From Callorhinchus milii (Eukaryota): a DNA stretch of 64,000 nt. Of the stretch, positions 51,426-63,614 are shown one piece after another (the stretch's first letter is position 1; each line of letters begins with the position of its first letter). The DNA lies in NCBI RefSeq assembly GCF_018977255.1, contig NW_024704743.1:53756001-53820000 (forward strand). Reading direction: 5' to 3'. The notes below the pieces were generated by a model, which had not been told where the DNA came from, made no database searches, and was given only the letters and a program-made list of their open reading frames with translations. The position numbers and the translations under genes are program-made.

Positions 51426-53608
51426 CACTCTTCCATTCACATTGTCATCGATAGCATCACTTGTTCCAGAGAGCTGACTCCTTACCATTTTTTCAGAACT
51501 ATTAATGGTTAACAGAAACCAGCAGACAAGCCTTGTCAAATCTTTTTAATGCAGTGTCTGTCTAATTATTTCCCCCAAACACACAGGCATGCGTTTGAAC
51601 TTGCCTGCAATACAATGTGATGCCCAGAGGCATTGTAGGATTTTGCAAGAAATTCCATCAACCCTGAATACTCTAAAGAGCTGGCAACTTTAAGGTGGGA
51701 ATAGCATTCTTCCCATCAATCAATGGAAAATAGCCACGGATCTGTCACAGCTCCAGCCCAAAAGTCAGCTTGGCAATAGACCCCCGTTGAGCACTAAACA
51801 CTGAAATAAAATATTCATCAATCAATGTGCTTTTGTGAAATCATCCACTACAAAAAAATCATTCATAGCAGCCGAATTTTCCTTGTGCAGATTGCTGCTG
51901 TTGATCAAAATATTTCCTGATGGTCACATTCTTTATTTACAAAACTTTGGTCCCGAAGGGCAATTGAAAAAGTTATTCAATCTCTGCCACACATTCAGTA
52001 TTCAGCCTCTACACTGGACACCATACGGTTTTATGTTCAGAACTCGGAACAGGTCAGGGCAGCTCACTGCTATATGTACATACCTAGGAAGAAAGGAGTG
52101 TGTAAGATTAGTAAAGACCATTGTTAACCTTCTGGCTAGTTACAAAGACAAAATAATATATAACCATTTACTCATTCTCCTTATTTCACATGCCCTTCAA
52201 TCAATTTCTTTGGATTATCCTTGAGTTTATGATAGCCCTACATCTTGCTCATTCACTTCATGGCTGTTTACAGGACCTTTCTGCGTCAAAATTGGCTGCC
52301 TACAAATACACAGTCACTACACTTCACAGTAAAATCCTGTGAAACTCCTCAAGACGTCTAAATGATCCGAAAAAGCGCTATATTAAATGTGAGGATTATT
52401 ATTGTTATATTATCTAAAACACTCAGCTCAGCCATTGTTAAGAGTGAAATAGAACATCCCGGGTTCTGCTGCTACAGTTATCCTTCAGATAGTGTTAGGT
52501 GAATGCTGTAACTGTTTTGAGAATATTGTGAACTGATAGGACTGAGTTATCCTGATTCACCTGCACTGTGCTCAGGCACAGTCGGTGTGTATTTAATACT
52601 ATATAAGCCTTGCAATTAATTTAGCCCCTTTTCACATTGGGTGGACTTCTCAAAGCACTTCACAGGATTCGTTGTAAAGTGTTGTGACTGTGTAATTGTA
52701 GGTGACCACGGCAGCCCATTTTGGGCACAGCAATATCCCACAAACAGCCATGAAGCAAATGGTCAAATTTTATCATGGGGAATTATTGGCCAGGATTGTT
52801 GATCGAAAACCTAAATAAAGGTCAGCCTTGGTGAAAGGGTTAAAGTTTTAGTCCAATGATTTCTTCAAATACATATTTTAGATATTTGGTTTATGGTAAA
52901 TTGCAACTGAAGTATTCTTCTAGGCCAATCAAATGTATAATTATGGAAAAAATTCTACTGAAGATGAACAAAAAAAAATGCAGTGTCTTTAATAATAATA
53001 ATCGTTGCATTTGATACATCACCTATAACATGTCAAAGTGCTCCAGAATATTTCTGTGAAATGGAGCGTGTATTCCTGACTCAACTGAGCCAGGCTGACA
53101 TCTAAAATTATGACAACTTTACACAGAGAGGGGTGAATTATGTTGAATGTACTAACCAGAGGGGTGACAGATGCTATCAGACATTTCGGGCGGGGGGGGA
53201 AGATTCAGATAAATATTTGGCAAATAAATCAATGCAGGATTTTTTAAAAAAGCCACAAAAATGTGCCCATACCAATGTAAAAGAAGAAAACATACACAGC
53301 AGGAAGTCCCAAGGATGCACCTCAGTGTAGAGTTGTTGAGTTAGCTGAACCCTCTCAGTTGGGATGTGCCAATTGGCCTCAATACCTTGCAGGTTTCAGT
53401 GTTGGTTTTGGAATAATTGTTCAACTCAATATTTACGTATCTAATATACTAAACATTGATTACCCCATGGATATGTTATTTGGGTGTGTCTGCTTTAGAC
53501 TGTCAAAAGCAGTGTATGATGACATTTGGCAGCAGAAGAGTGGTTGTGGTCATTTATAGCGAGGCGGAATCCCATTTCACCTTATGTTTCTTTAAGACAA
53601 GCCAACAA

Positions 53609-53933
53609 GAGTCCTGTAGCTCAGTGGTTAGAGCACTCGCTTTGCAAGTGAGAGACCTGAGTTCAATTCCAGGCAGGGCGAAACCTTGGGCAAGTTTCCT
53701 TACTCCACACGCCTAATAATAATCCCTCCAAAACTAAAAACAATAATTAAATTGGTCATTTTCAATCTACGACTGTTTGTGGGACATTGCTGTGCGCAAT
53801 TGGCTGCCGCGTTCGCCCACAAATATACAGTCAATTCACTTTACAGTGTGTTCTGTGAAGCGCTTTGGGACGTCCTCCCGACGTGAAAAGCGCTATATCA
53901 AATGCAAGGATTATTATTATTATTATTATTATT
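53609..53933 (+). mobile_element. tRNA-Ala(TGC)-derived SINE, young, full length
   Basis: A box 53617-53627, anticodon TGC 53643-53645, B box 53659-53670, CORE-like ccttgggcaagtt, L2-type stem-loop and (TTA)n tail. Confidence 0.9.
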
Positions 53934-54010
53934 AAAAGTAATCTTCAGACACTGAAAACGCCTCTTGAGCTCATCCTACTTTCACATTGAACTGCACTAA
54001 ACTATAAAAT

Positions 54011-54553
54011 GCTCTGTACTGTCCCGCACCAGGCTTTGGGACCACATCACTCCCACCCTCGCTCGCCTCCACTGGCTCCCCATCCCCAGAGGATTGTTTT
54101 CAAGATCCTCATCCTCACCTACAAGGCCATTCATGGCCTTGCTCCCTCCTATCTCTCCGACCTACTATCCCCCTACTTACCTGCCCGTACCCTCCGTTCC
54201 TCTGGCTCCGGTCTGCTCCACATCCCCCGCCCCAACCGCCCTACCATCGGTGGCCGGGCCTTCAGCCTCTCAGCCCCGAGGCTCTGGAACTCTATCCCCA
54301 GTGCCTTCGCCGCCTCCTCCCTTTCCTCCTTCAAGGCCGGTCTCAAGACCTTTCTCTTTGACCGTGCCTTCAGCTCCCCTCTTGACTCTCTACCCCCTCC
54401 TCGCTCCCTCCCTTCCCTCCCCTCTCCCTCCCTTCCCTCCCCTCACCATTTCCCCCTTGCTCGGGTCCTGACCCAACTGTACAGCGCCTTGGGACGTCCT
54501 CCCGACGTGAAAGGCGCTCTATAAATGGAATCTTGTTGTTGTTGTTGTTGTTG
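54011..54553 (+). mobile_element. L2 LINE subfamily A, young, 5'-truncated
   Basis: [23 protein letters not shown], 3'UTR and (TTG)n tail. Confidence 0.93.
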
Positions 54554-54659
54554 ATGCTTTTAGCACCATCCAAGCAGGCAATCCACCACTTGGTACCTTG
54601 AAAAACATGTTTTGCATGGAAAGGAAGAAAGTTAAACAAGATCTTTCTTATGTAGCTGA

Positions 54660-54803
54660 CTTTTTACGGTCAGCTGGATGTCTGGCACATGTGGAAACCC
54701 ATCATCATGATTAAGAGTATCCAAACCAAACTGAGAATTCTACACATCCCACGTGGAAATTTCTGTGCATTGGAACGGAATGCACACTCTCTCCCTGGAG
54801 GGC
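54660..54803 (-). mobile_element. Unclassified repeat copy, short
   Basis: Same 3' terminus plus A-tract on the minus strand. Confidence 0.75.
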
Positions 54804-55369
54804 CCCTGAATGGGAAGAATATCTGGCCCTATTCCTGACTGAGTTATAGGGAGAACTATGAGACAAGATTTGTCTAATATGGGTATCCACAGGGACTTTA
54901 TTACGTAGTCAGTGCACATCATTTTAATAAAAGGTTTTTACCGCATTTTAAATAACATCATGAAATGTGAAGTTGGCAAATGTTGTGGGAAGGCTATTTT
55001 GGACTTTTTCAGATGACCTATAATGGGATTAGGGTCAACAATTTCGTAAAATACGCCAAAATGTAAAAATAAAATGGTAAGCAAATCCCCACCGACCTAT
55101 AGTGGTCATTTCACTATCCAGCCTTTTTCCCTGTGATACCTGTGCAAACCATGATTAGCGACGTGAAAGGCGCTCTATAAATGGAATCTTGTTGTTGTTG
55201 TAGCTCTTCCCATCACCTCTTGGGAATATCACAAGTTAGACCTCATTGTCGCACTGAATTTATTTTCCCATTGCTGCAGTTGTTGCATCTGAGAATTATT
55301 TCTGTTTGTCACTTTCACTTGCCAAAATCAAAACCTGACTTTTAGAGAATCTCTTAAAAAGCATTAACC

Positions 55370-55670
55370 ATCCTTCAGATGATAGGTTAAACAAAGTCCT
55401 GTCTGCCTATACTGGTGAATGTTACAGATCCTATAGCACAATTCTGAAAGAGGAGGGAGTTTCTCCCTGTGTCCTGACTAACAATCCTCCAAATAAAATT
55501 GGTCATTCACTTCATGGTTGTTTGTGGGACACTGTTGTGTCCCACAAAGTTAGCTGTGAGTTTGCCCATAAAATGCAGTCAGTCCACTTGACAGTATATC
55601 TTTTGAAGAACTTTGGAATGTACTCCTGACGTGAAAGACACAATACCAAATGTTAGGATTATTATTTATT
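55370..55670 (+). mobile_element. Deu-domain SINE fragment
   Basis: Deu core and tail. Confidence 0.72.
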
Positions 55671-56087
55671 ATTAACTAATAAAGCCTGAATCTTCTCATT
55701 TACCACGGTAATTATATGGGTCCCGATTTTCCTGTCTTGCCATTGGCTTTTAATATGTGCTACACCCATTGTTTCAAACACAGATAGAAGGTTAGTTCCA
55801 GTCCTATAACGTATGCACCTTCCATCAACTCTAATCTCGGTACTGTACTAGGAACAAGGCATTTTGGCAGCTGTGAAGGTCATTGTCACAGCTCAAAGCA
55901 GCATCAGCTGGAGCCCCTGAGAGTGCATTCTTGCTGATCATCTAGTTCCCCAATGATGCTCAACTATTAATAGTTCTTCTAAATAAATGAAACAAAAACA
56001 CGCTCATGTCCCACAACGGCAGGAGTTCTATAATGAAATGTATTTTGTAAGCAAAGGAATTTGAGCAGCCTGAGATAGCATCCACAT

Positions 56088-56620
56088 CAACAACAACTTG
56101 CATTTTTATTGTGCACTTTATGAGGTTAACAGTTTGGAACATTGTATGGTGGTGGGATTGGACCCTGGGCAAGGGAGTAGGGGGAGGGGAAGGCATGGTC
56201 AAAGAGGTAGGTTTTCAGGTGTGATTTGAAGATAGATAAACTAGGGGCAATGGGGTTGAGGCAGGGAGTTCCAGAGATTAAGGTGTAATGGACTGAAGAC
56301 ATGGACACTGATGGTGGGGCAGAGGAGTCAGGGATGTGCATTGTGTGTTAGCTAAGTGAAGGGGGCAGGCAGAGGAGTGAGGTATGAGAGGGTCAGAGAG
56401 ATACGGAGGAGATATCAAAATTGAACTGCTCAGAGACAGGAAGGCAGTTGATTTGGGGAGATGTGCATGTGGAGTTTGGTGCAGATAAGGATATGAGGAT
56501 TGGAGCACTGGATTAGCTGGACTTTGTGGATAGTGGATATGAGGAACCAGCAAGGAGTGTGTTTTGAGAAATCAAGGCGAGAGGTGACAAAAGTATGGAT
56601 GAAGATTTTGGCAGCATTTA
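56088..56620 (-). mobile_element. Old L2 3' fragment
   Basis: FKSHLKTYLFDHAF and a caacaacaacttgcattt tail. Confidence 0.72.
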
Positions 56621-57536
56621 GTGTGGCTTCACTTCACTTCCTATGACCATTCTTCACTGGTATCTTATATGGTTACAATAATGACACTCTCACTTCTCAC
56701 ATCAACACAACACTTGTGACATTGATACTAATACTAAAGTACACTTCATAAGAAAGGTACACATGAATAAAGTTCTGTGACCCATTTGATCTCTTCCTTC
56801 CAGAATACTAAACTTCCCATTTTTCTTAAATGAGTCCAGAACCTTCCTGGTAACAGATTCCAATTGGTCGTTACCCTCCATGTCTCCTAATATTGCCCTT
56901 CACACCCCTGGTTTAGCAATCCAGTAGAGTATTTGAATCTGTTACAAAACAGGTAACAAATCTGTATTCAGTCATAGGTTAGTAGGGACGCGAAACAGAG
57001 CAGTGCAGTGCAATCCTTTGTTCAACTGTAAAGATTTAGTCAAGGTATTAAGACCTTGTGGTTAAAATAATATGGTTAAAATGTGTATACAGTATGATAT
57101 ATTCTGCTGAATAGCCACACATCCAATAGAACAATAGTGAATTTCTACTGGAGTGTCTGGACAATATCATGGCCAGAGTCAATGCGAGTTTAACAGATAT
57201 GTTACTGATAAGACAGGAAATTGAAATATATTCTGATGGAAATGGATACACAAGATGATTTTGGAGTAAAACACAGCTTTTGATAGGTTTTAAGATACAG
57301 CAATAAAAGTAACACTGGCTAATTTGCTATTTAATGAGCTTTATTATAAAACTGAGCTGATGGTTGACCTAACAATTGTAAACGGATGTGGGTATGTTAT
57401 TCACTTTACTGGATTTACTCTACAGGATTTAGTGCAAAGAGTATTAACTGTAAATTATTCCTTGTACTGAGTTAAGATACTTCTCAAAGCTTTAATGTTG
57501 GGATATTTTCAGTTTAACATGGTTTTGTCTCTGCAG

Positions 57537-57615
57537 ATATCTTGCTGGATGATTTTCTCCTCACTTACACAGTCTTCATGTCAACCAATGACTTAAGCCA
57601 AGCATTACTGAGGCA
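57537..57615 (+). CDS. RAPGEF5: RAPGEF5 REM exon (DILLDDFLLTYTVFMSTNDLSQALLRH)
   Basis: ctgcag acceptor; ends at the U12 donor ATATCCTTT. 79 nt, phase 1 to 2. Matches LLDDFLLTYTVFMTTDDLCQALLRH. Not in the ORF track. Confidence 0.93.
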
Positions 57616-60293
57616 ATATCCTTTCCGTGTTTAAACAGATTACGTTTCCACATCAACTCAAAAGCAAATTATATTTAGATGAGTATCACATTCTTGAAGC
57701 TGTTTTGTCCTGTAAGTATAAGCTTAGAGTTGCACGAATTCGCAGGTTCATTTGCTCGATAATAATTATTGAAAGGAAGACTTCTATTATGAAATGAAAT
57801 CACTACTCAAACGCACTAAATAAAGGGCTGAAGAACATTTGTAATAGATCAGTTTTTGACATGAGAGCTTCATGTCAGAATAAAATCTGTGGTACTTCAG
57901 CAACTCCCACCCACAGAGATCACAGAGGATATCTTGTACAGTTGACTAAAGTCATTCAAAATGCTCAGGCGCTGATGACAACCCTTGGTGTGCAGAGTAA
58001 TGATCTGATGATGGGTAGAGTAGAGCATCACTGAAATAAGAAGAGATTGCTTAAAATTCAATTCAGTAAAATGTTCCACTTTAAAGAGACGTCAACGTCA
58101 AAAAATTATAGAGATGAAATGGCTATTCCTCTTCCCCGGTCTTGGCTTAATGGTTGGATCACCGATCTCTGATCTCTGCTCACAGTTGCCATTTGAGTCC
58201 AGCTAAAAATGAGATATTAACCCAGCTCTATTGGTGTGCTGTCAAGAAGCCCTCAGACCCTGGTTACAGGGTTGAAACATGAACCAGGGCCTGATTGCGA
58301 ATATCGAAGGTTGTGGACAAAATAGTTTGAAATCGGATTTCAGACAAAACCAATGTTTGTGGGCTTCTTGGTCCCAGAGCTAGACTTTAGGAATTGTAGA
58401 AAAATGTGACATTTCATAACCGATTTGGTATGACAATTAAATACATTATTAAATCTATATTAGCTTTCAAAAGGGAACTATATAAATATCTAGCAGGAGT
58501 CAACTGCAACGGTATAGGGAAAGGAACAGGTAAACTGAAAGGGTTGCTCTTAAAAGAGCAGACAGAGACACAATGGGCCAAATGACCTTCTGTGCTGTGA
58601 ATTTCTATGATTTTATGAAGGCACAGAAGGGAAAATAAAAGATAAACAAAGTGCTAAAACATGGCATTGTTCGATGCAGTGAAAAAGACACAATCCGTGA
58701 ACAAAATCTCCAGTAAGTTTTCTCTTCCATTTTGATCTCAGCCCTATACTGTCGAGTTTGAAGATTGATGCTGTGTTTATCCTGCTGGCAGCAAAGTGAT
58801 ATCACTGCCAGCAGCAGAACACTGTGGATCAGGAACCCTAATTTATACCTTCATTCAAAGAAACAACATTTGGATTTGATCTCCAAGTGTGTGTGTGTGT
58901 GCTGTTTATCGCATGCGCAGAACTCAGGGGTAGGGTACAAGTATTCTAAATGTTGTTAAAGAGACAGTCACACAACCAACCTTTTATTACCATTAGATAT
59001 AACATTCTTGGGCTGTTGTCAGACTACCTGTGAGGTTGTGGAACTGTTCTAAGTAATATTCCACAACCAAATTTTCCAGGTTAATGTTCTCTGTAAAGGC
59101 GAAAAGAGTCAGCAAATGTTAGTGGCAGTAAATGTGTCCCTTCACGGTGAGTAGGATGCTGCTGTAATGCAAGTGTGTGAGCTGCCAATAGAGTTAGTAA
59201 ATCTTCTGTGCTTCTTTCAACCAAGGTCATTACAGGAACAGAGCCCTGCTCTGAGAGATAAGAGAGTGGTTTGATCTTATGCCAAAATTTGATTGATGTA
59301 ACTGACTGACAGTCCAGTGACTTGAATAAAATCATGCAAGTTGGCTGATTTAGGAGGGAATTGGCTTGAGTGCAGTTGCCTAATGCTGGGCTCTTTGATA
59401 GTACCGTTAACCTCTGGAGTCTCGCTGCTAGAGAAAGCAGGAATGATCGTTTCAAGTAGTTGTTGCTTAAAGGGCGTTGTTGCCATTCATTGTGCAGTTT
59501 CTCCCCTTCTCCCCCCCACAGTGTGCGTGGCATGCTTGTAACATTGAGACATATTCATACTGACATTCTGTCCAGGAATATTGTTTGATGAAGTTTGCAA
59601 CCACAAGGAAAAAACTGTCAAGTGGGAATGGAGTTTTAATATGTGGCAGATTTACTTACACTCTACATGCTACCCAACAACTTAGTGGAACATTTAAACA
59701 TTGCGCTTGGGTTTGAATGTGTTTGAACCAATACCCTTTTAAGAATCAGAAAGATCTGAGATTGGATTTAGAGACATGGCAGAAAATTGTCTCAAGTGAT
59801 CTGTTTAATTAAGGAGTTTGATAAGAAGAGACCTACATATTAATAGTGTGAAGAATGAAATGCTGCAGTAGAGTGTTCTCAGGAGTATAAGCTGACAAAT
59901 GCGGCAATGGACAGGAACTGCAGCAATTATATTAAACTGGGCTGCACCACACCTGACCCCCATATCCCTCTGACATGCTACATTGCTGCACTCTCACCAC
60001 AGTGTTGGAATAGCTCTTTGTTTCTTCCAGGTTACTTGGCACAAAGGTGACCAGGTATTCCTTTCCCCTGCACCAATCGCCACATACAATCACAAACTTC
60101 TCCAGCAAAGGGAAAAGGCAATTTAAATTTAAATTGACTACAATATCAATTTCTTTTACGCCTGTGAATGGCTGATGGTACTATCCTGCAGTGATTATAT
60201 TTCTCTCCCAACAGCCTGTCAGCAGCCGCACTTTGTGTTTCATTGGAGATGTGAGTTCTAATTGTCCAGGAATTTTCCTTGACCGAATGTTAC
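57616..60293 (+). other. U12-type (minor spliceosome) AT-AC intron, 2678 nt
   Basis: 5' site ATATCCTTT at 57616, branch site TTCCTTGAC at 60275-60283, terminal AC at 60292-60293. Splicing gives CA+C = His and restores ALLRH-Y. Confidence 0.93.
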
Positions 60294-60441
60294 CTATTGT
60301 TCCAAGCCCTATGCAGAAAGGCCAGGGCACACAGACAATGGCTTGTACCAAAAGCGCAAAGTGCTGAGAATTGTGTCGCAATGGGTATCTCTTTACAAGA
60401 ATTTATTGCGAGAAGATGAAAATACTAAATTGCTTTTGAAG
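60294..60441 (+). CDS. RAPGEF5: RAPGEF5 REM exon (YCSKPYAERPGHTDNGLYQKRKVLRIVSQWVSLYKNLLREDENTKLLLK)
   Basis: Follows the AC acceptor; AAG|gtacga donor. 148 nt, phase 2 to 0. Matches KRKVLHLVSQWIALYKD. Confidence 0.93.
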
Positions 60442-60535
60442 GTACGACTCTTTTGTAGGCAAAAAAAGGACATTGTTTTACAATGTGAAACGCCTCCAAA
60501 AATCATTAGAATTTTTTTTATCCCATATGCAACAG

Positions 60536-60633
60536 AACCTTTATAAATGCGTGCTTGACGATCTTTTTGAGTATCCTGGTTTGGAGAAAGAGCTGAAGGA
60601 GCTTCAAAACCTATTCCGGATCCCTCGCAGACA
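60536..60633 (+). CDS. RAPGEF5: RAPGEF5 exon (NLYKCVLDDLFEYPGLEKELKELQNLFRIPRR)
   Basis: caacag acceptor after a 94-nt intron, ACA|gtgagt donor. 98 nt, phase 0 to 2. Matches VLDDVYEYPILEKELKEFQK. Confidence 0.92.
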
Positions 60634-61074
60634 GTGAGTACTACAGAAGTGACATTGACTGGCAGGATTTCTATAATAATAATAATCTTTGCATTTGATA
60701 TAGAATCTTATAATGTTGTTGAGACATCTCAAAATATACTACAAAGTGGATTCACTGTGTATTTTGTGGGCGAAACACAAACTAATGAATTTCTGCTTTT
60801 ATATCTTCTGCTTTTCACTACTGTCAGATTTGCTGTTACACTCATTACACAATGTTTAGTGAAATGAACATCTTGCGCTAACAGCAACTTTAGATTTGCG
60901 AATGAAATAGCAGAATTCTCTGAGAAATTCAAGAACAAATCTTAAGAAGGAATCAGGCTTGTGATTTCTGTCAGCTTTATGCAAAGCAAAGTTTGCTGGC
61001 ATTCAAGATAGGGATTTCCCCCCTTCCCACTCAATTATTTTCCTCAATCAAATATCAAGACGAATCCCACAATG

Positions 61075-61283
61075 GAGAGTTGTTACGATCTGAAATGCAT
61101 TGGCTGAAAGGGTGGTGGAAGCGGATTCAGGATTTGGATAGGTACTTGAATAGGAAACATTTTCAGGGCTATGAGGTAAGAGCGGGGGAGTAAGACTATT
61201 TGGTAGCTCTTTCAAAGAGCCGGCGCAGGCACGATGGGCTGAATAGTCTCCTTCTGTGCTGTAAGATTCTATGAATCTATGAA
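61075..61283 (+). mobile_element. CR1 3' UTR remnant
   Basis: gatgggctgaatagtctccttctgtgctgtaa followed by an (ATTCTATG)-type tail. Confidence 0.75.
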
Positions 61284-61592
61284 TTTCATTTGTAAACCAG
61301 AAGTGGCTATTAGCCCTGCATCTTCCAGTTTGCAAATGCCACATTTTCAACCCCAATGTGCTGCTTACACAATTATTCATCTTAGCTGTAAAGGGAGGAT
61401 CCAGCAGGAACTTCAGGGCTAATGCTGCCAAGAAAACGCTAACATTTGCTCTTTCTCGTCCGCTTACTGACTATTACAGACTTTGATAAACTGATCAGTA
61501 AAGTTATATCATGGGCTCCAATATAGGGAAATACTGTTTGTGTTTAAAGACCTAGACAGTCTAGAAGTACAGAAATCTTAATTGTAGGGCGG

Positions 61593-62746
61593 ACCTCGCC
61601 CACCGTCTTCATTTTGTTTACACGAATGGCTTTTCCTCCAGTCCCCGCACTGTCTTGTGCAGTGTCCCTCAGGGCTCTGTCCTCGGTCCCCTCCTCTTCA
61701 CCCTCTATATGCTCCCCCTTGGTGACATCATCCGCAGACATGGGGTTAACTTCCACATGTATGCGGACAGACACCCAACTCTACCTTTCCTCCTCTACCC
61801 TCAACTCCACGACCACCGATGTCCTGACAGCTGCCTGTCCGACATCGAGTCCTGGACGAGAGATAACTTTCTTCAGCTCAATGTGCGTAAAACTGAGGCC
61901 CTCCTGATTGGCTCACGTCAGCGCCTCCGCACCTCAGGCGCTGACAGCATCAGCATCCAAGGCTGCACTCTCCACCTCTCAAAGCCAGTCAGGAACCTCG
62001 GTGTTCTGTTCGACCCTGAGCTGTCCTTTTTCCTTCATATCCGCGCCACAACTGGCACCGCCTTCCATCACCTCCGGAACATCGCCAGACTACGGCACTA
62101 CCTCACCCCTCACGCTGCTGAAACTCTGGTCCACGCCTTTATCACCTCAAGGCTGGACTATGGGAACTCTCTCCTCGCCGGCCTTCCCGGCACCTCCCTC
62201 CACAAGCTGCAGGTCATTCAGAACTCTGCAGCTCGTGTACTGTCCCGCACCAGGCTTCGCAACCACATCACTCCCACCCTCGCTCGCCTCCACTGGCTCC
62301 CCATCCCCCAGAGGATCGATTTCAAGATCCTCATCCTCACCTACAAGGCCATTCACGGCCTTGCTCCCTCCTACCTCTCTGACCTACTATCCCCCTACCT
62401 ACCTGCTCGTACCCTCCGTTCCTCTGGCTCCGGTCTGCTCCACATCCCCCGCCCCAACCGCCCTACCATCGGTGGCCGGGCCTTCAGCCTCTCAGCCCCG
62501 AGGCTCTGGAACTCCATCCCCCAGTGCCTTCGCCGCCTCCTCCCTTTCCTCCTTCAAGGCCGGTCTCAAGACCTTTCTCTTTGACTGCCTTCAGCTCCCC
62601 TCTCGACTCTCTAACCCCTCCTCGCTCCCTTCCCTCCCCCTGACCATTTCCCCCCTGCTCGGGTCCTGACCCAACTGTACAGCGCCTTGGGATGTCCTCC
62701 CGACGTGAAAGGCGCTCTATAAATGGAGTCTTGTTGTTGTTGTTGT
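61593..62746 (+). mobile_element. L2 LINE subfamily A, 5'-truncated, RT catalytic motif frameshifted
   Basis: [16 protein letters not shown] broken by a +1 near 61770 with a compensating -1 near 61830; intact C-terminus and (TTG)n tail. Confidence 0.93.
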
Positions 62747-63614
62747 ACTCTGCTTCAGTTGGGTATTTCTCCATCTCCTATTGCCTCTGCCCCACATTTG
62801 ATCCATTTTTCTGACACTTAAAAATATTACAAATTTTAGGTTACACAAGAATGCTAATTCAGATATATTTTGCTAATCATTAGATTCAATTCACTTTCAT
62901 TTAGGTAAGCAGGAAGGCTGTCATGTTGTAATGCATTGCCTCCTGTTCATAGTGAAAATCTGAGCTAAAGTAGGATTTAATTGTTTAGCCTACAAAAAAC
63001 AAATGAGGTTAATTTGAGTCAATTTTTCTCACATCCCTGAGGTGTGCACACAGACTCAATTTATGATATTTCTTACCAATTTTGTAATAAGACTTAATAA
63101 GGAATCCGTTGAGTCAAACAATTGTCACTCCTTCTGGTATCCAGAAGTACATCATGGCACTCTGCACCAAAGTGGAGTTCCCATTGGTTCCTCAGGAATA
63201 AGCAACACTGTAAATTGAAACCTACCTTACCTGATCTTGTGCCCTGACTGAATCTTTGAAACATGCTGATTTTAGTCAATCTAAAAACATTCAGTCCCAG
63301 GTTTGGAATCTTTTTTNCTACACAAAATATTCAGTCTGTTTCAAGATTTCACAACCAGAACTTGACCTTGAAATTGACTGAAGAAGCAGAGATCTCATGT
63401 GCATGCTTGTTTTCATAGTGTAATGCACACAGGCAATGTGTAGTCAGTTCATCAACATGTAACTGGGTAATGCTCATTCAGTTGGAAATCGAATGTAATT
63501 CCTAACAGAAAACAGAGTTTAATTATTAAAGTGGTTCCATCGCATCATCCTCAGAACTGCAATGAAGCTTTGATTCTTGAATGCAGCTTTAATGCTGAAA
63601 GTTGAATTCAAAAT

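Noticed and set aside
53609..53675. tRNA-Ala gene
   Set aside because: No proper acceptor stem or terminator; it continues into a SINE body, and related copies occur at 37884 and 46650.
59081..59533. 150-aa antisense ORF in the U12 intron
   Set aside because: No recognisable domain; likely chance.
61655..62584. 309-aa ORF as an active reverse transcriptase or host gene
   Set aside because: It is a 5'-truncated L2 ORF2 with no endonuclease or N-terminal RT part, and YADD is frameshifted to YADR.
533..62746. Recurring palindromic gggacgtcctcccgacgtgaaaggcgc motif as a CRISPR-like repeat
   Set aside because: Dispersed, in both orientations and always at LINE/SINE 3' ends; there is no spacer array.
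63317..63317. Single N base
   Set aside because: Assembly ambiguity with no biological meaning.
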